Assembly (NCBI RefSeq): GCF_030144855.1
Contig: NC_082707.1
Location: 11,780,001 to 11,844,000, forward strand
Direction: 5' to 3'
DNA length: 64,000 bases
From: Hypanus sabinus
Lineage: Eukaryota
Part shown: piece by piece, positions 25,025 through 37,900 of the stretch
Position numbering within the stretch: position 1 is the stretch's first letter
Layout of the letters: every line of letters begins with the position of its first letter
Position numbers and translations under genes: made by a program
The notes under the pieces: model-generated
Told to the model about the DNA's origin: nothing
The model's input: the letters and a program-made list of their open reading frames with translations, nothing else
Database searches by the model: none

Positions 25025-25932
25025 TTATCGTGAACTCCCTTTCGCCATCATGTACTTCTTTGTATTATTCTCTGGTTTCAATAAGATAATGTAACATTTC
25101 GGTGCAAAAATGCAGACGAGCAGACCGAAGCTCGATGCCCAGACGGCGAACACTTCTGTAGCCACAGTGTACTTTCCTGGGGAGCTCACGTAAGCTGGAA
25201 TAAACGTTATCCAAACAGCGCAAAAGATCAGCATGCTGAAAGTGATGTATTTTGCGTCGTTGAAACTGTCCGGGAGTTTCCGGGCCAGAAAAGCAAGCAC
25301 TAAACACACGATGGACAGCAGTGCAATATAGGCGGACACTAAGTAAAAGGCGGTCAATGAACCCACGTCACATTCCAGAATAATGATGTCTTTGTAATGA
25401 CTCATGTTTTTCACTGGGAAGGGAGGTGATACGCTGAGCCAGACAACGCAAACTGAACATTGCAAAATGGTAAGGATAAAGACACCTAGTCGTTGCTGCG
25501 TGGGTCCGAACCAGTACATTACAGTACTGTTGGGAAGTGTTGCTTTAAAGGCAACCACGACAAGAATGGTTTTGCCTAGGATGCAGGAAATGCAGAGAAC
25601 GAACATAACCCCGAAAGCTGTGCGACGCAACATGCAGGACCATCCGGACGGTTGTCCAATGAAAGCGAGCGAGAAAATAAAGCACAGCAGGAGGGCGAAG
25701 AGAAGCAGAAAACTGAGTTCCGAGTTGTTGGCTTTGACTATGGGTGTTTCTCGATATCGGTAGAAAATGGCAGCGGTAGTCAATGTGAACCACACTCCCA
25801 GCAGAGTAAGCGTCACTAATACAAACCCCAGAACTTCTGTAAAGGAAAGAAACTCAACCTTCTTCAGAACACATTGGGTTTTTGCCTGATTGGACCAGTA
25901 TTCCGAGGGACACTTGATGCAATCCGTGCAAT
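25025..25932 (-). CDS. Gene B exon 6 (end of cysteine-rich domain and 7TM)
   Basis: ccag|AT acceptor; CIKCP..YWSN...[16 protein letters not shown]...[48 protein letters not shown]...[13 protein letters not shown]; stop TAA. Confidence 0.96.
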
Positions 25933-28900
25933 CTGGAAACATAATATTTTGATATGAAATTGCTTGGAATGTGTGTGAATAAAGAGACAATGCTGTTCTT
26001 CTCAACACTTACCTGTGGTGTTGCTGATCTCACCGTCGGCACAATCTACACAGCCAAAACAACATATCGGCTGTCCTTTCCGGCTTACCTTTCTTGTTCC
26101 AGGAAGACAGGACTCTGAACAAACTGCTCGTGGGATCTGAAGCAATAGAAAACATCCTGATTGTATGCATTGCACGTGTAAATGTGCCCATTAAGCATAA
26201 TGAATAGTTTTCAAAAACCTTGAAAAGGAGCTTGACCGTAAAAGGAAAATAAATGCCCTGTGAACGTTCAAATAGGTAAATTCTGGACAATATTACTTTT
26301 GACGGATATGGGACAACTAACAACGTTTGCTAAAATGGCTGTTCGGCAAAAGTGGAGCTGAAGGGTTGTTTTGATATAGGCAAGGAAGATGATGTCTTGA
26401 GTTCGGAATCAGGAATAGTCCACCCGAAATTCTTCAATAAGGAGCAGTAAATGGTTACATTTCAATTTACATCCACGAAACAGCGCACATATCAGAGGCA
26501 CAGACGGGAAACTATATTCGAATTCTGTACAGCTGGTTATACCTGAAATCCCGATCATTCGGGAGCTTGACAATTTGATCACCAGGACACACACAGAGGC
26601 AAATGCACTTAGCGCACACTATATACATAACTGTGTAACTCTCAGCAAGGGGAAAGGGGATAGCCAGACATTGCAGAGGACCCTTGTGGCTGCCACAGGT
26701 ATATCAGTTTAGATACTGAGATGGTCTGGAGAACGAGTAGACGAAAACCACAGCCGTTAGGTCTCTGACACAAAAACTTGTCTTTGCTTTGAAGGGGCTC
26801 GATGGGAGAGTGTGGTGAAGAGACGAGCCGTAGTGATAGGGAGTCCATTGTTTAGGGGAACATACTGGTGCACTTGTGGAACAGAAAGAGATTTCCGGAT
26901 GTTATGTTGCCTCTGTGGTGCCAGAATTCTTAGGTGGGAGAGTGAACTTTCAGAAGTTAAGATTAACATCGGTACCATTAATATAAGTCAAAAGGTTGAT
27001 AAAGTTCTGGAAACTGATTCAGGGAGTTAGGTGTTAAGTTAAATGCCGGGATCTCCATATTTGTGATCACAGTATTTTTAAAGGTTCCACGTGCTGACGA
27101 GACGATAAATTGGAAGATTATGCGGTTTTTAACACAGAGTAATGGAAGTTATTGCAAGAAGCATTGCTTCATATTTTTGGATCGTTGACCTCTCTTGTGG
27201 GGAATTTGGGGCCTGTTTCAAAGGTACGGCGTTCACCTGAAATGGAAGAGGACTAATATCCACGTTGGCGCGTGGCCTAGTGGACAAGGCATCGGACTAG
27301 TAACCTGAAGGTCACTGGTTCGAGCCTCAGCTGAGGCAGTGTGTTTGTCTCCTTGAGCAAGGCACTTAACAACACATTGCGCTGCGACGACACTGGTACC
27401 AAGGTGCATGGGTCCTAGTGCCCTTCTCTTGGACAAGATCGGTGGCGTGGTGAGGGGAAGGTTGGGCAACTGCTGGTCTCCCATACAACCCTGCCCAGGC
27501 CTGCGTCCTGGAAAAAACCTTCCAAGGCGCAAATATATGGTCTCATGAGACTAACGGATGCTTATGAATGATGAATACCCGTGAGGGAAAGTTTGCTGGT
27601 GCTACACTCGAGTAGTTTAAGATCGAAGTGTAATGTGATGAAAATCAATGGGCCGGCCTGTGCTGTTAGCAACGTGGTCACAAAGTGGTCATTTGTACCT
27701 ATGTGGTTAATCCTACATGCCAAGTGTGGAATCGAAAGTCTGAGCATGGTAGGACTAACGTTGTGAATTTTATAAAGTTCAATGCAATGAGTTCTGCAGG
27801 CCTGCGGTGACTATAAAGTATGGCTCTGCACATAGGAATATGACATTGTAGCCAATAGTGAGATTTGCTTATAGGATGGACAGTTCAGTAACCCAGATTT
27901 TCGTTGTTTTATCGTGAAGGATAGGGAAGTACTAAAGAGGGAAAGACGACATTACTAGTCCCGACAAACGGCAGGACAGTGCCTGGATAGGAATGACTAG
28001 AGACCTCGTCTACTGAAGCTACATGGATGAAATTGGGAAATAAGAAAGGGATCAACACATTAACAGAGTCATATTATCGACCACCCAGTAATATGGGGGA
28101 TTTAGAAGAGCAAAATATTTAGAGAGTTCATAGACTGTTGCCGGAAACTGAAAGTTGTGATAATATTTGATTTTAACTTTAAGCGTATTGACCAGAACTC
28201 CCATACTGTAAAAGTGCTGGATGGGAAAGAGATTGTCTACTGTATTCAGGGAAGTTTCCTTCGTCAATACATGGAGTTCGCAAAAGGAATGAATGCGATT
28301 CTAGATCTTGTATTGGGAAATGAGACGGGGCACGTGACAGCTATTTGTGCAGTGGAACACTTTTCATCTAGTGGTCATAATGCCCTTAGTTTCAAAATAA
28401 TTCTGGAGAAAGATAGGTGTGGGTTTTCCGACTACTTAGTCTGATCATGTCCGATCGATGTTGGCCTTATCTCCCTTTTTGTGGCAGTTTCCCTTCACCC
28501 TCAATTCCTTTCGAATATCTATCTGACTTTATCTTAAAGATATTTAATTAACTTCCTTTCTCTACCCTCGGGGCAGAGAATCCCAGAGATTAACGAAAAT
28601 CTCAGAAACCAACTGTCTATGCCCCTCAGCTGGAAATGTTGAACGGTTTACCTCGTGATTGCTTTCCTTTATTCGATAGTCTCCAACTTCTCAATCTACC
28701 TCACCATCAACACTTCGGTCCGGCATATTTGACTAAGGACATCGCTCCTTAATCTGAACTCCAAGAAAATAGACCGAGCTGTCCAGAATGTCCTTTATAA
28801 ATTAAACATGTGAATTATCATCAATATCTGCTCCACAATGTTGCATTCGATACTGAGGGATAGTGCAGAGCACACCAGGACACCAGCGTGCTGGATTCTC

Positions 28901-31900
28901 TAGTTATCAGCTAGCAATATGTCTTCCCGTATTAAACATACAGTCACTGAAATGAGCAATTTAGTTCACTTTACTAATCGCACGTAACGTAGTTTTCTTA
29001 CAGAAATATTTAAAAACTTGCCAGAATTATAACTGTATTTGCTTTGCTTTACTGTTCACCCTGTCTCTTTGCTTTCCTCCTTTTCACCAATTCATTTTTT
29101 TAAAGAACAGTCTCATTTTATGAAATACTTTCAATATTGGAACTCTCTGAAAACACGAAGTCTAATGTAGGTCAGAGTAGACTACTTGACAGTTCGGCAT
29201 AGCGAGGATTAATCTGTCTCTTTAGTCATTGCCCCTGAGCTACAGTATTAGGCCATGTAGTATATTCCTGGATTGGACAGATTACAGTCTCGATTAATTC
29301 AGATTTCTGGAAGAGTTGGAACGAATTGATATTCTTAAACAGGTGCGGCCACCTCAGGAAAGTGATCCTCGTCATAAGGATCAGACCACTCTATATTTAT
29401 TTCTCTTCCTATCGTGGTCTTTGAAGGCACCTGAGCACCTATCTACTCCACCTGAATTCGCCTTGTGATATTCTGCAATAGATTAGCAAAAATTGCGGGA
29501 TACCTGAGGACTGGGAGAAATTCAGAGACCAGCAGAGGAGGACAAAGGGCTTAATTAGGAAAGGGAAAAAATATTATGAGAGAAAGCTGGCAGGGAATAT
29601 AAAAACTAACTGTAAAAACTTTTATAGATACGTGAAAAGAAAAAAAAGATTGGTCAAGGCAAATGTAGGTCCTTTACACTCAGAAGCAGGTGAATTGATC
29701 ATAGGGAACAAAGACATGGCAGACCAATTGAATAACTACTTTGGTTCTGTATTCACTAAGGAGGACATAAATAATCTTCCGGAAATAGTAAGGGACCGAG
29801 TGTCTAGTGAGATGGAGGAACTGAGGGAAATACAGGTTAGTAGGGAAGTGGTGTTAGGTAAATTGAAGTGATTAAAGGCAGACAAACCCCCAGGGCCAGA
29901 TGGTCTGCATCCCAGAGTGCTTGAGGACGTAGCCCAAGAAATAATGGATGCATTAGTGATAATTAGTTCCTGAGGATTGGAGGGTGGCTAATGTTACACC
30001 ACTTTTTAAAAAAAAGGAGAGAGAGAGAAACCGGGGAATTATAGACCGGTTAGTCTGACATCGGAGGTGGGGAAAATGCTAGAGCCGGTTATCAAAGATG
30101 TGATAACAGCACATTTGGAAAGAGGTGAAATCATCGGACAAAGTCAGCATGATTTGTGAAAGGAAAATCATGTCTGACGAATATTATAGAATTTTTTGAA
30201 GATGTAAGTAGTAGAGTCGATAGGGGACAGCCAGTGGATGTGGTACATTTGGATTCTCAAAAGGCTTTGTACATGGTCCCACACAGGTTATCCACTTTGG
30301 TTGCAATAACAGGAAAACAGATTATTATCTGAACGGTGGCCGATTAGGAAAAGGGAAGATGCAACGAGACCTGGGTGTCATTGTACACCAGTCATTGAAG
30401 GTGTGCATGCAGGTACAGCAGGCGGTGATAAAGGCAAATGGTATATTGGCATTCATAGTAAAATGATTTGAGTACAAGAGCAGGGAGGTTCTACTGCAAT
30501 TATACAAGGCCTTGGTGAGACCGCACCTAGAATATTGTGTGCAGTTTTGGTCCCCTAATCTGAGGAAAGACATTCTTGCCATAGAGGGAGTACAGAGAAG
30601 GTTCATCAGATTGATTCCTGGGTTGGCAGGACTTTCATACGAAGAAAGACTGGGTCGACTAGGCTTATACTCACTGGAATTTAGAAGGTTGAGAGGGGAT
30701 CTTATTGAAACGTATAAAACTCTAAAGGCTAGATGCGGGAAGATTGTTTCCGATGTTGGAGAAGTCCAGAACGAAGGGTCACAGTTTAAGGATAAAGGGG
30801 AAGCCTTTTAGGACCGAGATGAATAAAAACTTCTTCACACAGAGAGTGACGAATCTGTGGAATTCTCTGCCACAGGAAACAGTTGAAGCCCGTTGATTGG
30901 CTATATTTAAGAGAAAGTTAGATATGGCCCTTGTGGCTAACGGGATCAGGGGGTATGGAGAGAAAGCAGGTACAAGGTTCTGAGTTGGATGATCAGCCAT
31001 GATCATACTGAGTGGCGGTGCAGGCTCAAAGGACCGAATGGCCTACTCCTGCACTTATTTTCTATGTTTCTATGTTTCTATGCTAATAACCATATAAACA
31101 TATAACAATCACAGCATGGAAACAGGCCATCTCGGACCTCCTAGTCCGTGCCGAGCTCTTAATCTCACCTAGTCCCACCTACCCGCACTCAGCCCATAAC
31201 CCTCCACTCCTTTCCTGTCCAAATACTATCCAATTTTACCTTAAATGACACAACTGGACTGGCCTCTACTACTTCTACAGGAAGCTCATTCCACACAGCT
31301 ATCACTCTCTGAGTAAAGAAATACACCCTCGTGTTTCCCTTAACCTTCTACCCCCTAACTCTCAAATCATGTCCTCTCGTTTGTATCTCCCCTACTCTCA
31401 ATGGAAACAGCCTATTCACGTCAACTCTATCTATCCCTCTCAAAATTTTAAATACCTCGATCAAATCCCCCCTCAACCTTCTACTCTCCAATGAATAGAG
31501 ACCTGACTTGTTCAACCTTTCTCTGCAACTTAAGTGCTGAAACCCAGGTAACATCCTAGTAAATCGTCTCTGCACTCTCTCTAATTTATTGATATCTTTC
31601 CTATAATTTGGTGACCAGAACTGTACACAATATTCCAAATTTGGCCTTACCAATTTCTTGTACAAATTCAATATTACATCCCAACTTCTGTACTCAATGC
31701 TTTGATTTATAAAGGCCAGCGTTCCAAAAGCCTTCTTCACCACCTTATCTACATGAGACTCCACTTTCAGGGAACTATGCACAGTTATTCCTAGATCTCT
31801 CTGTTCCTCTGCATTCCTCAATGCCCTACCTTTTACCCTGTATGTTCTATTTGGATTATTCCTGCCAAAATGTAGAACCTCACACTTCTCAGCATTAAAC

Positions 31901-34900
31901 TCCATCTGCCAACGTTCAGCCCATTCTTCTAACCGGCATAAATCTCCCTGCAAGCTTTGAAAATCCACCTCATTATCCAGAACACCTCCTACCTTAGTAT
32001 CATCGGCATACTTACTAATCCAATTTACCACCCCATCATCCAGATCATTTATGTATATTACAAACAACATTGGGCCCAAAACAGATCCCTGAGGCACCCC
32101 GCTAGTCACCGGCTTCCATCCCGATAAACAATTATCCACCACTACTCTCTGGCATCTCCCATCTAACCACTGTTGAATCCATTTTATTACTCCAGCATTA
32201 ATATCTAACGACTGAATCTTCTTAACTAACCTTCCATGTGGAACTTTGCCAAAGGCTTTGCTGAAGTCCATATAGACTACATCCACTGCCTTACCCTCGT
32301 CAACATTCCTCGTAACTTCTTCAAAAAATTCAATAAGGTTTGCCAAACATGACCTTCCACGCACAAATCCATGCTGGCTACTTCTAATCAGATCCCGTCT
32401 ATCCAGATAATTATAAATACTATCTCTAAGAATATTTTCCATTAATTTACCCACCACTGATTTCAAACTGACAGGTCTATAATTGCTAGGCTTCCTTCTA
32501 GAACCCTTTTTAAACAATGGAACCACATGAGCAATACGCCAATCCTCCGGCAAATCCCCGTTTCTAATGACATATTAAAGATCTCCGTCAGGGCTCCTGC
32601 TATTTCTACACAAACTTCCCTCAAGGTCCTGGGGAATATCCTGTCAGGACCCGGAGATTTATCCACTTTTAAATTTCTTAAAAGTGCCAGTACCTCCACC
32701 TCTTTAATTGTCATAGGTTCCATAACTTCCTTACTTGTTTCCCACACCTTACACAATTCAATATCCTTCTCCTTAGTGAATACCGAAGAGAAGAAATCAT
32801 TCAAAATCTGTCCCATCTCCTTCGGTTCCACACATAGCAGACCACTCTGATTCTCTAAGGGGCCAATTTTATCCCTCACCATCCTCTTGCTTTTAATATA
32901 ACTGTAGAAACCTTTCGGATTTACTTTCAACTTATTTGCCAAACCAACCTCGTATCTTCTTTTAGCTTTTCTAATCTCTTTCTTAAGATTCCTTTTACAT
33001 TCTTTATATTCCTCAAGCAATTACTTTACTCCATGCTGCCTATATCTATTGTAGACATCCCTCTTTTTCTGAACCAAATTTCTAATATCCCTTGAAAACC
33101 ATGGTGCTCTCATACCTTTAACCTTTCCTTACATCCTAACAGGAACATAAAGATACTGTACCCTCATAATTTCACCCTTAAATGACCTCCATTTCTCTAT
33201 TACATCCTTCCCATAAAACAACTTGACCCAATCCACTCTCTCTAAATCCCTTCGCATCCCCTCAAAGTTAGCCTTTCTCCAATCAAAAATCTCAACTCTA
33301 GGTCCAGTCCTGTCCTTCTCCATAATTATATTGAAGCTAATGCTATTGTGATCACTGGACCCGAAGTGCTCCCCAACACATACATCTGTCAGCTGACCTA
33401 TCGCATTCCCTAACAGGAGATCCAACACTGCCCCTTCTCTAGTCGGTACTTCTATGTATTGTTGCAACAAACTAACCTGCACACATTTCACAAACTCTAA
33501 ACCATCCAGCCCTTTTACAGAATGAGCTTCCCAGTCTACGTGTGGAAAATTAAAATCTCCCACAATCACCAGCTTGTGTTTACTACAAATATCTGCTATC
33601 TCCTTACACATTTGCTCTTCCAAAGCACCGCCATAAGATTTTCTCGGACAAGCAATGCAACACCTCCTCCTCTGGCCCCTCCTACTCTATCACACCTGAA
33701 GCAACTAAATCCAGGTATATTTAGTTGCCAATCACACCCTTCCTGCAACCATGTTTCACTAATAGCTACAACATCATAATTCCAGGTATCAATCCACGCT
33801 TTAAGCTCATCCACCTTTCTTACAATGCTCCTAGCATTAAAATAGATACATTTAAGATACTCTCCATCTCCTCCTCTCTTTCCATCCCTAAAAATGCATT
33901 CAAATTTATTATCCTTTTCTTTCTTCTCCCCTACATCTTCGGGCTGAGCGCATCCCTTCTCCATCACCTGCCTTTCCTCCCTCACACACTGTCTATTTAC
34001 TTGCTCCACTGGTGAACTAACCTCCTCTCCCATAGTCTCCTCAAATAGTCTCCCGCCCCGCCATCTTACTAGTTTAAAGTCCGCCCTGTAGCCCTAGCAA
34101 ACCTCCCCGCTAGGATATTGGTCCCCCCACGATTCAAGTGTAACCCGTCCTTCTTGAACAGGTCACGCCTGCCCCAGAAGAGGTCCCAATGATCCAGAAA
34201 CTTGAATCCCTGCCCCCTGCTCCAATCCCACAGCCACGCATTCATCCTCCACCTAATTCTATTCCTAATCTCACTGTCGCGTGGCACAGGCAGTAATCCC
34301 GAGATTACTACCTTTGCGGTCCTTCTTCTTAAATGCCTTCCTAACTCCCTACACTCTCGTTTCAGGACCTCTTCCCCTTTCCTTCCTATGTCATTGGTAC
34401 CTACATGTACCACGACTTCTGGCTCTTCACCCTCCCACTTCAGGATATCTTGGACATGGAGCCCAAAGATATGGAAGACGAGTTTAAATGTTTTTCTTTA
34501 GCATCTATAGATATTTAGAAAGTGTACAAAGAATCTGTGGAGGTATGGTAAAACATCACGAGTTCAGCGACCGTTAACAGATTTTTAACAGACCGTTAAA
34601 GCGGACTAAATAGGAATTGTGACGTGGCTCAGTGCGTGGTAATTCGTGTCAAACGAATCTTATCAAGTTACTTCTGGAAGTTACCAAAAGTTGGAAGGAA
34701 AGGCAGTGCATGCTGTAATATAGCAAGGCCTTTGAGAATGTCCCATATAGGAGGCTGATGAAAGAACTTCCATCGCTTCACATTCAAGATGAAGTAATAA
34801 GTTTGGTTACCCTATGCCGTTTCGGCAAAAGCCCGAGAGTGGTAGTTGATGGTTACCTCTATTACTGGACGCTTGTAAATAGTGGTTTCTACAAAGATCA

Positions 34901-37900
34901 GTCGTGGATCTTTCTTTTGTTTGTCATCTACGTCAATAACCTGGATGAGAATGTTGAAAATTTCTGGATGACACTAAAATGGAGTTGTAGTGGACTGTTT
35001 AGGAGCAAGGCGTATTTACGAGGATAGTAAAATAGAATGGACTCCTGAAGCTTGACGCAGGAACTCGACAAGTAGTGTGAATAGGCTGAAAAATGACAAA
35101 TGGAGTATAATGCAGAAAAGTGAGAGATATTGCAATTTGGGAGGATAGACCAGGTAGGACTTACACAGTGAGAGATCGGGCACTGAGGAATGCAGTAGAA
35201 CAGTAGGATTCCAGAATACAGGTTTATAATTAATTGACGATGGCGTTACAGGTAGATGGGGTTATAAAAATAAATTGAGCACACTGACTTCATAAGTGAC
35301 AGTATTCACTACAGGAGCTCCGATGTTATGATGACGTTGAATAAGACGATTTTGATAACTAGTTTGGAGTATTGTGTGTAGTTGTGGTCACCAACCTTTC
35401 GAAATTATATCAAAAAGATCGAAAAGGTGCAGAGAAAAAAGTAAACACATGTTTGTAGGGCACGAGCACCAAGATATAGGGAAGGTTTGTATGGGTTAGG
35501 ACTTAATTCCGTGAAGGTGTTGAAGAACTGAGGGTCTTTTCTTAGATACGTCTTAAATTATGAGCAGTATAGAGAGGACAACTACAAGCAGGCTTTTCCC
35601 ACTAAGGTTGGGTGAGCCTAGAACTAGAGCCCATTGGTTAAGGTTGAAAAGTGGAGTGTTTAAAGGAAACATTGGGGGTGGGGTGCTTCTTCACGGAGAT
35701 GTGATGAGATTGGTGAACAAGTCAGGTCAAGTCAAGTCGTTTTATATTGCCATTTTGACCATAAACTGTACACAGTAAGAACGAAACAACGTTCCTCCAG
35801 GACCATAGTGTTATATGATACAGCACAAACTTACACTAGACTATATGAGATAACTCAAGGCAACACTAGACTACGTAAAACAACACAAAACTACACTTGA
35901 CCAGAGACCTACACAGGACTACATAACGTGCACAGAACAGTGTTGGGCAGTGCAATAATTAATTAATAAACACGGCAATAGGCACAGTAGAGGACACATT
36001 ACGATATAATAATGCATGATGTACATTTCAGTCTTGACTCTGGGTATTGAAGTGTCTGTCGGCTTGGGGAAAGAAACTGTTGTACAGTCTGGTCGTAAGA
36101 GACCGAATGCTTCGGTAACGTTTGCCAGATGGCAGGTGGGAGAAGAACTTGAATGAGGGGTGCGTGAGGTCCTTCATAATTCTGTTAGTTTTGCGAGTGC
36201 AGCGTGTGGTGTAAATATCTGTAATGGCGGGAAGAGAGACCCCTGTGATCTTCTCAGCTGACCTCACTATGCGCTGCAGAATATTGCGATCCAAGACTGT
36301 GCAATTCCCGAACCAGGCAGTGATGCATCTGCTCAGGATGCTCTCGATACATCCACTGTAGAATGTGGTGAGGTTGGTAGATGGACTTTTCTCCGCCTTC
36401 GCAGAAAGTAGAGATGTTGCAGGGCTTTCTTGACTATGGAGCTGGTGTTGACGGACCAGGTGAGATTCATCGCCAGGTGAACACCAAGAAATTTGGTGCT
36501 ATTAACGATCTCAACGGAGGAGCTGTCAATGTTCAGCGGAGAGTGGTCCCTCCGTGTTCTCCTGAAGTCAGCAACCATCACTTCTGTTTTGTTCATATTC
36601 AGAGACAGGTTGTTGGCTCTGCGCCAGTCCGTTAGCCGTTATACCTCCTCTCTATATGGTGACTCATCGTTCTTGCTGATAAGACCCACAACGGTCGTGT
36701 CATCGGCGATCTTGATGATGTGGTTCGAACTGTGTGTTGCTGCACAGTCGTGGGTCAGCAGAGGGAACAGCAGTGGACTGACCGCACAGACCTGGGGAGC
36801 CCCGTGTTCACTGTGATATTGTTGGAGAGGATGTTGCCGATCCGGACTGACTGGGGTCTCCCAGTCTGGAAGTCTAGGATCCAGTTGTAGAGCGAGATGT
36901 TCAGGCCCAACAGTTTCAGCTTTCCAATCAGGTATGAGGAATGATTATGTTGAATGCTGAACTGAAGTCTATGAACAGCATTCGAATGTCGGTGTCTTTT
37001 TTTGTCCAGATGTGTGAGGGCCAAGTGGAGGGTGGTGGCGATGGCGTCGTCTGTTGAACGGTTAGGACGAAATGCCAATGGAAGTTATGGGTGCGCATTT
37101 GATTTCAATATTTAAAGAAGTTTGCAAATGTATGGAGGATTATGGTCCGGGTTGAGATCGATGAAACTAGGCATTGAACTGCACCTGCACCATATTCCTC
37201 CAACCACCTTTCATCCATGTACCAGTCCAGGTTTTTCTTAAATATTAAAAGTGAGCACGCATTTACCACTTCAAATGACAGTTCATTCCACACTCCCACC
37301 ACTCTCTGTGTGAAGAAGCTCCCCCCATGTTCCCTTTAAACTTCCCCCCCTCCGCAGTTAACCCATGTCCTCTGTTTTCTTATGCTCCCCTAACCTCAGT
37401 AGACAAAGCTTGCTTGCATTCACTCTATCTATACCTATCATAATTTTATATACCTCTATCAAATCTCCCCTCATTCTTCTACGCTCCAGGGAATAAAGTC
37501 CGAACCTATTCAACCTTTCTCTGTAACTCAGTTTCTCAAGTCCCGGCAACACCCTTGTAAAGCTTCTCTGCACTCTTTCAACCTTATTAATATCCTTCCT
37601 CTAATTCCGCGACCAAAACTGCACACAATACTACAAATTCAGCCTCACTAATGCCTTATACATCCTCACCATAAAGTTCTAACTCTTACACTCAATACTT
37701 TGATTTATAAAGGCCAATGTACCAAAAGCTCTCTTTACTAACCTATCTACCTGTGACGCCACTTTTAGGGAATTTTGCATCTGTATTCCTAGACCCCTCT
37801 GTTCTACTGCACTCCTCAGTGCCCTATCATTTATTTTGTATGTTCTACCTTGGACTTTCCTTCCAAAGTGCAATAACTCACACTTGCCTTTATTAAACGC

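Noticed and set aside
25933-26008. N-terminal extension of the 327-aa ORF as a stand-alone 7TM protein
   Set aside because: This is read-through of the 80-nt intron 5; canonical splice sites join exons 5 and 6 in frame.
27264-27340. Possible functional tRNA-Thr(AGT) gene
   Set aside because: The acceptor and anticodon stems are imperfect, there is no oligo-T terminator, and it continues into a SINE body.
31348-34413. Active, intact CR1 element
   Set aside because: It has a deletion in the endonuclease region (about 33620), a frame break near 32550 and a truncated ORF1.
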